DNA from: Camelus dromedarius
Lineage: Eukaryota
DNA length: 64,000 bases
Assembly (NCBI RefSeq): GCF_036321535.1
Contig: NC_087437.1
Location: 14,758,001 to 14,822,000, forward strand
Reading direction: 5' to 3'
Below are positions 35,922 through 48,493 of the stretch, one piece after another. The translations under genes were made by a program, and so were the position numbers. How positions within the stretch are numbered: position 1 is the stretch's first letter; the number at the start of each line of letters is the position of its first letter. Below the pieces are notes generated by a model. The model was given only the letters and a program-made list of their open reading frames with translations, was not told where the DNA came from and did no database searches.

Positions 35922-36062
35922 TGGAGAGGGTATAGTTCAGTGGTAGAGCACATACTTAGCATGCATGAGGTCCTGGTATCAATCCTCAGTACCTCCATTA
36001 AAATAAATAAATTAGACCTATTTATCTCCCCCTCAAAATTAAAAAAAAAAATTAATAAAAAA
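35922..36062 (+). mobile_element. Vic-1-like SINE
   Basis: tRNA head and A-rich tail. Imperfect TSD agaaacattgtaa / agaaacacatggtaa. Confidence 0.85.
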
Positions 36063-37129
36063 AGAAACACATGGTAAAGGATGACAGGAGTTTGGGAGTG
36101 TGGGACAGGAGTTGGGGAGATAGGTCAGGCTGTGTGGTAGACTGATCAAAGGATTGAGGTCAGAATATTACACAGAGGAGACAGTTTAAAGGGATAATCA
36201 GAGCTAGAAAGGAGAATCAAGGAAGTAGAGAATCATATACACAGATAATCTAATAACTAGTGTCCTGAAAATGCAGGTGTGTAACAGTTCGAATTCATCA
36301 TCCAGCTGCTGTGACTCATGGAATAGTGGGGTCTGCAGAATGCAGGCAAGTTATGAATTGCTTCTCAAGCTTCATATAAGGTAATGAATAGTATAAAGGG
36401 AATATTAATCAAAGAAAAGAAATAACGGCTTTAAGTGAGTGTTTTTATTATCTAAGAACAAATGAGAGGGATTATGTTCACATCAAGAATTTAGGATATA
36501 TATACATGTGTGTATATGTGTACATATACTAATTATATATAATCATTAAGGCAGTTTAAGCCTTTTGAAATTGTAGCCCAGGTGAGAACCAGAATTTTAG
36601 ATGCTAATTAGATACAGTAACACAAGCTGGGCAGAGCTCTTATCTCACCTGTGAATACCCTCCCCGCTGAACAGCCTCTCCCACCTGCACTCTGCGGGAT
36701 CCAGTCAGTGCAGGCAGCAAGAAGCATGTAAGGATAAGATCTTTGTCTCCAAATATGATGGAAGATACTGTGTAAGTGTGAGGGAAACAGCACCCATAGT
36801 CTTTCTTAATCAGTGATAGTCTTGAGCAGACAGATTTAGCGTCAGGTGAGAGGTTGGGTCAACAACTGAAGAGGCAGCCACTATCCCTCTAAAAGAGGTA
36901 GCAGATTCCACAGAGGGGATGACTTAAAAGACTTACTGCAAATATTTAGTGTGATATTTTACATTTTGCTGTGACAATTTAGGAAACGTGGTCTTCTGTT
37001 TTTGTTTTTTCATTAAACCTGAGCAGTTTTTGAACCCAAGCTCTGAGGTTTTAAATCTTAAACCAGGGTATTTTACTTCTTACTTTGTTACGACAAAAAT
37101 GTCTGGCAATAATTTTCTACACCATCTCT

Positions 37130-37421
37130 CTCTTTTTTAATTGAAGTAACAGTCAGTTGCAATGTGTCAGTTTCTGGTGTACAGCATAATGTCTCAGTCA
37201 TACATATATACACATATATTCCTTTTCATTTTCTTTTTCATTACAGGCTACTACAAGATATTGAATACAGTTCCCTGTGCTATACAGAAGAAATCTTTTT
37301 AAATCCATTTTATATATAGTAGTTAGTATTTACAAATTTCGAGCTCCCTATTTATCCCTTCCCACCTCCTTTACCCCTGGTAATCATAAGTTTGTTCTCT
37401 ATGTCTGAGAGTCCGTTTCTG
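37130..37421 (-). mobile_element. 5'-truncated L1 3' end
   Basis: Perfect 17-bp TSD TTTTCTACACCATCTCT at 37113-37129 and 37422-37438. Confidence 0.88.
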
Positions 37422-37714
37422 TTTTCTACACCATCTCTTAATTCCTATTCTATAACTTTACCTTCCCCTAACCCCCCAGAACACTCAAACTTCAATTTTT
37501 AATCTTTTTGTGTAGGGAGGCAAGTTGTACAAAATAAACTATTAATCATTTTGAGTGTGAGAATATGGAAACTAAATCCTCAGGAGAGACTTTGTGTCCT
37601 TGATTTTGAACTCCTAAGTTTAGACACTATATCATCCTTTAGAAAGACTGCAGCTGAAGTTCTTATCTTACAGAAATTTTCTTTGTAAGAAGTGAGGCAA
37701 CTCAACAGGTTATG

Positions 37715-37882
37715 TCCACGGTTCTCAAACTGCTGCATTTTGGAATAGCCTGGAGATTTTTAAAAATACTTTTGCTGACTCCCTCTCCCATGCATTCTGA
37801 TAGAATTGGTGCACACAGGGATTTTTTTTTTTCCAATTCCTCAGTTAATTCTAATGTGCGGCAAAGTATGGGTACCACTGGG
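37715..37882. mobile_element. MER5-like hAT element
   Basis: Ends 'cacggttctcaaact...' and '...ggtaccactg'. Confidence 0.6.
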
Positions 37883-39355
37883 TTACTTCAAAATAAGAGA
37901 CGATCTCTTTCTAACTGAGTTAGAAAACAGTCACAGGGCCAGTTAGAGTATGTAGGAAAACTTTTCAATCGTATTCCCAGCCTAGAAAGGATCACTGTAT
38001 TTTGAAATGCATTTTTGGAGACTGTGAAAAGGGGGGAAATGGATACTGCAGTTGGGGGAAAGGACCTGCAAGCCTGTATACTAAGTTCTTTTGACTTATG
38101 TACACCTCTTTAGAGTTCTGTAATTATCAGTATAAAGACCATGTTAAATTTTTCCTGTCTTTTCCCAGACATCAATATAATTCCCTCATCATCAATATAA
38201 TTACTGTAGCTACTTCTCCTTCTCTTACACAGTAATTATTATTCTGCCTGATTTGTGTCTTGACAGTAAATCTGACATTCCGGAATTTACTCACTGTAAA
38301 TGTTAATCCGCCTCACACTACTCCTGGCTACTTTTAATTTGCCTTTCCATTATGTTGCCAGTGACAACACCTCTGGATTTTAAGGGTTTCTTTAGAATTC
38401 TGAAGTTCTCCCTGGTGACTACGAAATGAACACGGTCAGCGTTACCAGAGACAGGCTTTAGCAACTGCAGAATCCTGCAGCTCGGCTCCCTAAGCGCTGG
38501 AACCGCAGACGCCTGTGGTGCCCACACTCTTGGCCGGTGGTTCACTTCACTCACCAGTTCCACCTTGTAAGGGGCACGTGGGCCGCACTTCAGCATCCTT
38601 TTGAATAGCGTGTGGGCCGGGAGAGGAGTCCTCTTAGGCTTGTCTTTGGCTTGAAATTGTTGGAACTACTGCAGATTTCTTGCTGGATTTCTCTGATTTT
38701 ACAGTTCAAATGTAAGCCTTTACTTAGGACCTGAATCAAACTTGGATGTCAGGAACTCCCAACCGCAGCGGCACGACGTTAGTGTGATGGGCGTGAAAGC
38801 AGGTGGCAGCTTCCATTATATTCCCGTGTCCGTTTCTGACGCCCCTCCTTCCTTCTCTCTGTCTTTTAACAGTCTGGCAAGCTCCAGTCTGGCAAGAGTG
38901 TTAAATAGCAAATCGTTTGTTAGAATCTTAAAAAACTTACTTATTTAGTACTTAACCTTGGGCTGGGCATGCTTCTAAACAGGTCACAAATGTTACTCAT
39001 TTAATTCCTGGCAGTCCCTTAAAGATGGAGAACTCGGTTCTGAAAGGTTAAGGAGGCTCGTCTCAATCACACGGAGCAGGTAATGAAGGAGCCAGGATGC
39101 CAGCCCAGGTGTTTTGGCTCCTGCATGTCATTAACCATGAGGCTTTGCTTCCACTCCTCTTGCTAGATTTAAGGGAAGAAAAGTGGGAAACTAGCGTTTC
39201 TTCGAATTTGGCTTGAAAATGCCTTTTGCCATATTCTCATCCCGAAGTCGACATGGATGCCCCACAGGCTGGTTTCCTTACTGTCTCCCGCTCAAAGCAG
39301 CAGAATAGAGTTTCTGATGTTGGGGTGAGTTCTACTACCCTTTAAAACATTTCTG

Positions 39356-39490
39356 AGAGGGAGAGGGTATGGCTCAGTGGTAGGGTGCATGCTTAGCATG
39401 TCCTGAGTTCAATCCCCAGTACCCCCGCTCAAATAAATAATTAACTAAAAGCCTAATTACCTCCCCCACAAAATTAAAAATAAGTAAAAA
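39356..39490 (+). mobile_element. Vic-1-like SINE with a short deletion in the tRNA head
   Basis: gggagagggtatggctcagtggtag...ctaattacctccccc. Confidence 0.85.
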
Positions 39491-40724
39491 TAATTTTTTT
39501 AAATACAAAATTTTAAAAAAACTTTTGGGTGTGTGATTTAATTTTTTTAGGATGTTTTATGATGAAAAGTTTCAAATACATTAGAACAGGGAATAGAATA
39601 ATAAATGTCCTCAAACCCATAAGCCAGCTTCAACAGTCATCAGTCTGTGGCCAGTCTTATTCACGGATTAATGTAAGGCTGATCCCAGATCTATATCATC
39701 CATAAATATTTCACCTAGGGATAAAGATTCTTAACCGCAATACCATTATCACACCTAAAAAACTAACATTTTCTTAACATCATATATCCTGTTGGTGTTA
39801 AAAATTTCTCTCATTTTTCATGGTGCTGTTTACAGTTTGCTTGTTTGAAACAATCTAGGCAAGGATGACCTGTTGCATTTAGTCTTCAAGGCTTCCGTCA
39901 TTTCCCACTTTATTCGTACCATAATTCCGGCCATTTGGCTTGCAGAACTGTCCAGATTGTGAATTTAGAAGATCACCTTCCTATGCTTCCTATAAATGAG
40001 TAGCGTGCGCGTTGTTAATTTATGGCTTTTACTTCCAAAGGCGGTCTTTGCCCTGCATCAAAGAACGCTGGACCCTGCACACATCTCGCCTTTGCCAGCA
40101 GAGGGCGCTGGAGGAACACGGTAGAATCGGCAAGAGGCAAAGCCTTTCTTCGTGTCCTCATTGGCATGTGAGCCTGGGACGTTCACACCAGCAGCCCTAG
40201 TGGTCGGACCATGGCTCACACCCTCCAACTGTTACTGCAACCCTTACCCTCCGGCAAGTTTCTCCGCCACTGGCAGGCTGGGTGTGGCAGTGTCGGCCAT
40301 GCTTCCCTTCCCTGGTTTGAACCTCAGCATTAAGAGGGACCCTGCCTTGAAGTTTCTAAGTTCCTTCCTTGCTCACATTTCCTCAGCGCCAGGGCCAGCG
40401 GCTGCTTTCTGAAGTTACTACTGCTCTACCCTTTAGCACCGTCTTTGACCTTTCTTAGTCATTAACCACTTTACTAGTAATAATTCTTTCTATTTTTCCT
40501 GTCTAAATTACTGCTTTAATTTGTTACCTGACCGAATGCTGGCTGGTGAGATGGTCATAAGCCATGACAGGCAGTGACATTACAGTTACGCTACCACCTC
40601 TGCTTGTGATGAAGTATTGCTGAAGCAAGTGTCGTGGGAGCCCCTGGGGACTTTTTATGGCAGTAATGACGTCTGCAAGGGCCAGTGTGGGGTTGGTTCT
40701 CCATGCACGGAGTGGTTTGGGCAG

Positions 40725-40815
40725 ATTTTTTTTTTTTAATCGAGGTACTGGGAATTGAACCCAGGACCTCCTGCATGCTAAGCATGTGCTCTGCCACTGA
40801 GCTATTCTTCCTTCT
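40725..40815 (-). mobile_element. Vic-1-like SINE (short form)
   Basis: T-run followed by a reverse-complemented tRNA-Ala head. Confidence 0.85.
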
Positions 40816-41528
40816 CTGCTGCCCTTCCCTCCTAACCCCAGTGCTTATAAAAAGAATTGACAAGCTCAGGTCCTTAAACTCTCAGCTCAACAAAGTTCAA
40901 GGACCAGAGAGGCCCCCGTAACAGCCCTAAGGGAATCATTTCATGTATTTTCATTGCTGAAAATCAGACAAAACTTAATTGTCTACATCCATTGAATTCA
41001 TAGCCTCATTAAGTTTCTCATGTGAAATTGAGGATATTCACTCTGAAAAATGGGGCCCTGAAACTTGGGATGGCAAATTTTGGTTGGACTCAGACTAAAC
41101 TGAAAGTGTTAAAATGTCACGTCTCTCTGAGCCTTTCCTGCCAGTGGGCATAGTTTGCCCTCCTGTGTTAGCTGAGGAGGCTAACCTTTTCTGGAAAATC
41201 CTGAGGCTCTTCACTTGGGTCAGATCGCCTTGCAAAACACACGCTCATTCTCAAGAACTTTGATGCCACTACACTCACAGCCAAAGAGGGGGAAAATGGT
41301 AAGATTTTCCTAACATATATTAGCAGAAATCTGGAAAATATGTGTGGAAGTGTATTTGAAGAGTGTTAGAGCAAGGAGAATAGAATATATAGCTAGACTG
41401 AGCTGCATCCGTTGATATGGGTGCACTTACCAGAGATATTCTGGACTTAAAGTATTAGCTCTTAAGGCTCTAACAGCTTACATCTTTGTTGGTTGACTGA
41501 AACTTGGTCTCAGTGGTGGCCTATGTTT

Positions 41529-42495
41529 TTCTATTTTGTTTTTTGTGGGGGTTTTTGATGTATAACTGACATATAACACATTAGTTTCAGATGTACAATA
41601 TGATTTGCTATTTGTATATATTGCAGAATATGTCTAGTTAACATTCATCACCATACATAGTTACAAAATTCTTTTTCTTGTAATGAGGACTTTTAAGATC
41701 TACTTTTTAGTAACTTTCAAATATGCAATACAGTATTATTAACGTTAGTCACCATGGCCTACATTACATCCCCAGGAGTTACTTATCTGTACATTTTGAC
41801 CACCTTCACTCACCTATTTCACACAGACACACACACACACACACAAACATATATCCTGCCTTCTGGCAACCATCAACTTGTCCTCTTTGAGTTTTGTACT
41901 CCACATGTAAGTGAGATCATATAGTATTTGTCTTTTTCTGTCTGACTTATTTCACTTAGCATTATTCTCCCAAAGTCTATCGATGTTGTCATGTCCCAAA
42001 TGAAAAGATTTCCTTTTTATGGCTGAGTAATACTCCTTTGTGTATATATATGTACCAGTTTTCTTTATCCATTCATTCATTGGTTGTTTCCTTATCTTGG
42101 TTATTGTAAATTATGCTGCAGTGAACATGGGGGTGCAGATGTCTTTCTAAGTTACTGTTTTCCTTTTCTTTGGATAAATACCCAGAAGTGAGATTGCTGG
42201 ATCACATGGTGGTTCTATTTTTAATTTTTTTGAGGAACCTCCATACTGTTTTCCATAGTAGCTGCACCAGTTTACATTCCCACCAACGGCACAAAAGTTC
42301 CCTTTTCTCCGCATGCTCACCAACAATTGTTATCTATCTTTTTGATGATAGGCATTCTAACAGATGGGAAGTGATGCCTTGTTGTGGTTCTGATTTGCAT
42401 TTCCCTGATGATAAGTGATATTGAGCACCTTTTCTCTTGGGCATCTGCATGTCTTCTCTGAGAAAATGCCTATTCAGATCCTTTGCCCATTTTTT

Positions 42496-42546
<51 letters not shown>

Positions 42547-42734
42547 TGCATGCATGCATGCATGCATGCATGCATGCATGCTATTTACTTGTATGAGTTT
42601 TTTGGCATATTTTAGATATAAACCCCTTATCAGATATATGGTTTGCAAATATTTTCTCCCATTCAGTAGGTTGCCTTTTCTTTTTGTTGATGGGTTCCTT
42701 TGCTGTGTGGAATCTCTTTGGTTCGATGTAGTCT
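41529..42734 (-). mobile_element. 5'-truncated L1 (~1.2 kb)
   Basis: TSD GTGGTGGCCTATGTTT (41513-41528) / GTGGTGACCTATGTTT (42735-42750). L1 3' UTR and ORF2 C-terminal motifs. Confidence 0.88.
42491..42581. repeat. Compound (TTTA)n(ATGC)9 microsatellite
   Basis: Directly visible; (ATGC)9 at 42546-42581. Confidence 0.95.
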
Positions 42735-43875
42735 GTGGTGACCTATGTTTGATGAAACTGAGATGTTGAAGCTTCCATAGCATGATGTGGAAGAAGGAAT
42801 CGAATGGCTTGGGAAGAAAGGAATGTTGAAATGTATTTATCATGTGAAAGCTGCACACTTCCCTCCCCCAAATTACATTCTCTGCCAAGGTCCACAAAAT
42901 ACTTCCTTAATTAAGACATTGAGAAATACATTAGTGAGGGGAGCACTTGCATCCTTGAATCTCTACAGTTGCTCTCCTCTACAGGCTAGCTGTGACCGTG
43001 CCACTGAGATGGGTTCCCTGATCTCCCAGTAACAGGGGTCAAGTGCAGCCCTTAACTGGCCTGATTATCAATGGACTGTGTGGTCAATAGAGGGCGCTGT
43101 AGAGACACTGAAAGGCTAGAGCCGCGAAAGGGAAGGGATTTTCCTGCCTGGTGTGCTGTTTTCCACTGTAGCCAATGGATCAGCATACGGTGGAGCCTGG
43201 GAGTGCTCACTGGGGCGGCCCCCCTGGTCCAGCAGCAGCCCTCACCCTCCAGTGGCGCTCTCCTCCACTACAGCGGTGGCCCCAACGGTCAGCTGTGGCT
43301 CAGGCCTCCTGACAAGTGCTCCTGCCACCCAGTGGCAGGATGCTACTGCCCTCAGCTGAGGCCTCTGCCCTCCTGCCTGTCTTCACCACCATACAGTTTG
43401 CTCAGAGGTGCGAGTTATGTGTGTAGGTATCTGAGTCCTTTTCCTCTTCACTCTCCCTCGGTGTTAGGGTAGTAGTTACTTTCAGCAGTTGCTGCTTTTG
43501 TACTTCTTGCCATCCTCTTTTATCCCTTTCAGTGGTTAATTGTCTTTTACCAATTCGCAGTTCATTATATTAAGTGTTCATCCTCAAGTTATTGGTCTGG
43601 TTTCTGTCTCTTGACTCATTTTTTTCTTTTTAAACTGAGATACAGTTTATATATAACATTATATTTGTTTCCGGTGTACAACATAATGATTTAATATTTG
43701 TACAGACTGCAAAATGATCAGCACAATAATTCTAGTTAACATCCATCACCACACATAGTTGTAATTTTTTTTTCTTGTGCTGAGAACTTTTTAAGATATA
43801 CTTTCTTAGCAACTCTCAAATACACGTACCATATTATTAACTATAGTTACTATGCCGTATGTTACATCACCAGGG

Positions 43876-44048
43876 CTGTTTTTTTGTTTGTTTTTTTTTT
43901 TGAGTGTAACTTTATTTTTATACTTTTTGGTGGGGGGTAGAATTAGTTTTTTGGTTTGTTTGTTTTTTTAATGGAGGTACTGGGGATTGAACCCAGGACC
44001 TTGTGCATGCTAAGCATGTGCTTTACCACTGAGCTATACCCTCCCCAC
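43876..44048 (-). mobile_element. Vic-1-like SINE nested in L1
   Basis: tRNA head and tail. Imperfect TSD accagggct / accaggact. Confidence 0.88.
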
Positions 44049-46757
44049 TACCAGGACTTTTTTATAAGTAGAAGTTTGTACCTTTTGACCACTTTTACTC
44101 ACCTGTTTCACACACATACCCCACCCTGACCTCATGCAACCACCAATTTTTTTCCCTTTATCTATGAGTTTTGTTCTGTTTTGTTTTGGAGTCCACATAT
44201 AAGTGAGATTGTATGGTATTTGCCTTTTTCTGTCTGACTATTTTACTTAACATTATGTTCCCAAGGTTTATCCATGTTGTTACAAATGAAAAGACTTCTT
44301 TCTGTTTATGGTTGAATAATACTCAATTGTGTATAGCTATGAATTTTCTTTATCCATTTCTGTTTCCATATCATGGCTATTGTAAATAATGCTTCAGTGA
44401 ACATTGGGGTACAGATGTCTTTTCAAGTTAGTGTTTTCGGGGTTTTGTTTTTTTTTTTTGGATAAATACCCAGAAGTGGGATTGCTGGATCACATGGTAG
44501 TTCTGTTTTTAATTTTTTGAGGAAACTCCGTACTGCTTTCCATAGTGGCTGCACCAATTTATATTCCCATCAACAGTGGGACAAGTGTTCCCCTTTCTCA
44601 ACATGCTCGTCAACTCTTGTCTTTCTGATGATAACCATTCTAACAGGTGTAAGGTGATATCTTACAGTTTTGATTTGTATTTCCCTGATGATAAATATTG
44701 AGCACTTTTTCATGTACCTGTTGGCCATCTGTATGTCTCCTTTGGAAAAATGTCTATTCAGACCCTCTGCCCATTTTTAAATCAGTTTGTTTGTTTTTTT
44801 TTTTTTTTTGCTACTGACTTGTGTGAGTTCTTACATAAATTGGATATTAGCCTTTTATCAGATATATAATTTGCAAATATTTTCTCTCATTTGTTACGTT
44901 GCCTTTTCATTTTGTTGATGGTTTCCTTTGTGGGGCAGAAGCACTTAGCCCCACTTGTTTATTTCTGCTTTTGGTGTCACATCCAAAAACTCATCACCAA
45001 GACCTATGTCAGGGAGTTCACTGCTATGTTCCCTTCTAGGAGTTTATGGTTTCATGCCTTATGTTCAAGTCTTTAATCCATTTTGAGTTTATTTTTGTGT
45101 AACATAGTGGTCCAGTTTTTCTTTTGTTTGTGGCTGTTCAGTTTTTCCATCACCATTTATTGAAGAGACTGTCCTTTCCCCATTGTATATTCATGGCATG
45201 TTTGTTGTAAATTAATTGACCGTGTATGTGTGGCTTTAATGTTGTGCTCTCTATCGGTTCCATTGATTTATATGCCTGTTTTTATGTTGGTACTGTATTG
45301 TTTTGATTGTTATATCTTTGTAACATAGTTTGAAATCAGGAAACATGATACTTCTAGCTGTGTTCTTCTTTCTCAGGTTGTTTTGGCTATTCAAGACCTT
45401 CTGTGGTTCCATACAAATTTTAGGATTGTTTGTTCTGTTTCTGTGAAAAATGCCATTAACATTTTGATAGGGATTGCATTGAAGCTGTACCTTGCTTTCC
45501 ATTTTAAAATTGTTAATTCCTTCAATCCATGGGAACAGAATATCTTTCCATTTATTTGTGTCTTTTTCAACTTTTCAGTTTCTTTCATCGGTGTCTTACA
45601 GTTTTCAGTGTACAGGTTTTTCACTTCCTTGGTTAAATTTATTCCTAGGTATCTGCTTCTGTTTGATGCAATTGTAAATCGGATTGTTTTCTTAATTTCT
45701 CTTTCTGAGTTCATCTTTAGTGTATAGAAACACAGCTTATTTTGCATACTGATTTTGTATCCTCCATCTTTACTGAATTCATTTTTTTAAAATTCTAACA
45801 GTTTTTGGTGTAGTCTTTAGGGTTTTCTAGCTATGATACCATGTAATCTGTAAACAGTGACGGTGTTACTTCTTTCTTTTCAATTTGGATGCCTTTTCTT
45901 TCTTTCTTTCTCTTGCCTGACTGCCCTAGCTAAGACTTCCAATACAATGATGGATAAAAGTGGTGAGAGTGGGGATCTTTGTCTTGTTCTTGGTCTTAGA
46001 GGGAAAGCTTTCGGCTGTTCAGTGTGGAGTATGATGTTGGCAGTGGGCTTATCATATATGACTTTTATTATGTTGGGATACCTTCCTGCTATACCCACTT
46101 TTCTCAAAGGTTTTTATAAATGGGTGTTGAATTCTGTGAAAAGCTTTGTTTGCATCTATTGAGATAACCATATGATTTTCATTCTTCACTTTGTTGCTGT
46201 GGTGTATCGCATTGATTGACTTGCAGATATTGAACCGTCCACTCCCTCGCATCCCTGGGACAAACCCCGCTTAGTTATGGTTTATGATCCTGTTAATGTA
46301 TTGTTGAGTTCAGCTTGCTAATATTTTGTTAAGGGTTTCTGCATTAATGTTCATCAGAGATACTGGTCTGTAATTTTCTTGTAGTGTCCTTGTCTGGTTT
46401 TGGTATCAGAGTAGTGCTGGCCTCATAAAATGGTTTAGAAGTGTTCTCTCCTCTTATATTTTCTGGAACAGTTTGAGAAGATTAAATGTTTGTTAGAATT
46501 TACCAATGAAGCCATCCAGTCCTGGACTTTTCTTTGTTGAGAGGGTTTTGATTACTGACTCAGTCTCCTTACTAGTAATTAGTCTAGTCAGATTTTCTAT
46601 TTCTTCATGATTTAGTCATGGTTTTCTAGGGTCGTATGCTTAGATTTCTTTCTCTTCTCTTTTGTATATCTACTATAAGTTTCTGGTTTGCAGTTACTAT
46701 GAACTTAAATAAAATAACTTACATAATAACAGTCTAAGTTGGTAACAACTTAAGTTT

Positions 46758-47461
46758 TGTTGTTTTTTTATAACTATTTCTGTTTAATATTCAGTTTTAT
46801 AGTAAAATTACTTATTTTTTAAACATTTTTATTGATTTATAATCATTTTACAATGGTGTATCAAATTCCAGTGTAGAGCACAATTTTTCAGTTATACATG
46901 AACATATATATATTCATTGTCACATTTTTTTCTCTGTGAGCCAACATAAAGTCTTGTATATATTTCTCTGTGCTATACAGTATAATCTTGTTTATCTATT
47001 CCATATTTTGAAATCCCAGTCTATCCCTTCCCACCCCCTGCCCCCTTGGAACCCACAAATTTTTGGTCAACTAATCTTCAACAAAGGAGGCAAGAATATA
47101 CAATGGAATAAAGACAGTCTCTTCAGCAAATGGTGTTGGGAAAACTGGACAGCAGCATGTAAATCAGTGAAGCTAGAACACTCCCTTACACCATACACAA
47201 CAATAAACTCAAAATGGATCAAAGACTTAAACATAAGACAAGATACAATAAACCTCCTAGAGGAAAATATAGGCAAAACATTATCTGACATACATCTCAA
47301 AAATGTTCTCCTAGGGCAGGCTACCCAAGCAATAGAAATAAAAGCAAGGATAAACAAATGGGACCTAATGAAACGTACAAGCTTCTGCACAGCAAAGGAA
47401 GCCATAGGTAAAACAAAATGACAACCTACAGAATGGGAGAAAATTTTTGCAAATGAAACCA
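46758..47461 (-). mobile_element. Young L1 insertion with 5' inversion (3' end on -, ORF2 segment ~47050-47461 on +)
   Basis: Perfect 16-bp TSD GTAACAACTTAAGTTT at 46742-46757 and 47462-47477. The + segment encodes GQLIFNKGGKNIQWNKDSLFSKWCWENW...WEKIFAN. Confidence 0.92.
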
Positions 47462-48350
47462 GTAACAACTTAAGTTTGACCCCATTCTAAAGCTCTATAT
47501 TTTTACTCCCCCAGCACATTTTATGTTTTTTATTCTCAATTGACATATTTTTATCTGATGTATCCATTAACAAATTATTGTAGTTATGGTTATTTTTACT
47601 ACTTTTATTTTTTAACTTTTATACTAGCTTTATAGCTGATTAATCCTCCAAATTTCCATTAGATTATTCTGAATCTTACTATATAGTTATCTTTGTCAGT
47701 GAGATTTATACTTCTGTATGTTTCCTGTTACTAATTAATGCTCCCTTTTCCCCCTCCAGCTTTAAAGAAGTGCCTTTAACATTTCTTGTAAGTCTGGTCC
47801 AGGGGTAATGAACTCCTTTAGCTTTTGTGTTTGTCCGGAAGACTCTCTCTCCTTCAGTTCTGAAGGACAGCTTTGCTGGTACAGTACTTTTTGCTTTCAG
47901 CATTTTAAATGTATTCTGCCACTCCCTCTGGCCTGCAGTTTTCTCCTGAAAAATCTGCTGATTATCTTGTGTCGGTCCCTTTGTGCATAACGAATCCTTT
48001 TTCTCTTACTGCTTTTAAGAGTCTTTTGTTGTCTTTAACTTTTGACATGGGTTCATCTTATTTGGAACTCTCGGCTTCCTGGTTTTATACCTATTTCTTT
48101 CCCCAGGTTAGAGAAGTCTCAGCCATTATTTCTTCATGTGTGTTTTCTGCCTCCCCCACCCCAGCCCCAACCCTGCTCATTCTGGGATGCCTATAGTGCA
48201 CTTGATGTTGTTTCATAAGTCTCTTAAGCTTTCTTTACTCTTTTTAAATTTTTTTCTTTTCACTGCTCTGATTCAATGAGTTCTGCTGTCCTGTCTTCAA
48301 GTTCACCAATCTCTTTCACTTCATCTAGTCTGATGTTTAACCCTTCTATT

Positions 48351-48493
48351 TTCAACTGACTTTTTTTCCCTTTGTGGGGGAGGTAATTAGGTTTATTTAT
48401 TTCTTTACTTCTAGAGGAGGTACTGGGGATTGAACCCAGGACCTTGTGCATGCTAAGGATGTGCTCTACCACTCGAGCTATACCCTCCCCCTC
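48351..48493 (-). mobile_element. Vic-1-like SINE nested in L1 ORF1 remnant
   Basis: TSD AACCCTTCTATT at 48339-48350 and 48494-48505. Confidence 0.9.

Larger units (their letters stand above)
40150..43617 (+). mobile_element. Decayed ERVL-type provirus remnant (LTR16-like ends, gag-like interior), interrupted by a SINE and an L1
   Basis: Internal ERVL/MaLR-like motifs 'gatatgggtgcacttaccagagat' and 'ggttgactgaaacttgg'. LTR-like 3' ends at ~40480-40545 and ~43550-43617. Family assignment is from memory. Confidence 0.5.

Noticed and set aside
46936..47421. 161-aa ORF
   Set aside because: A chimera across the L1 inversion junction (antisense 3' UTR plus ORF2 fragment), not a cellular gene.
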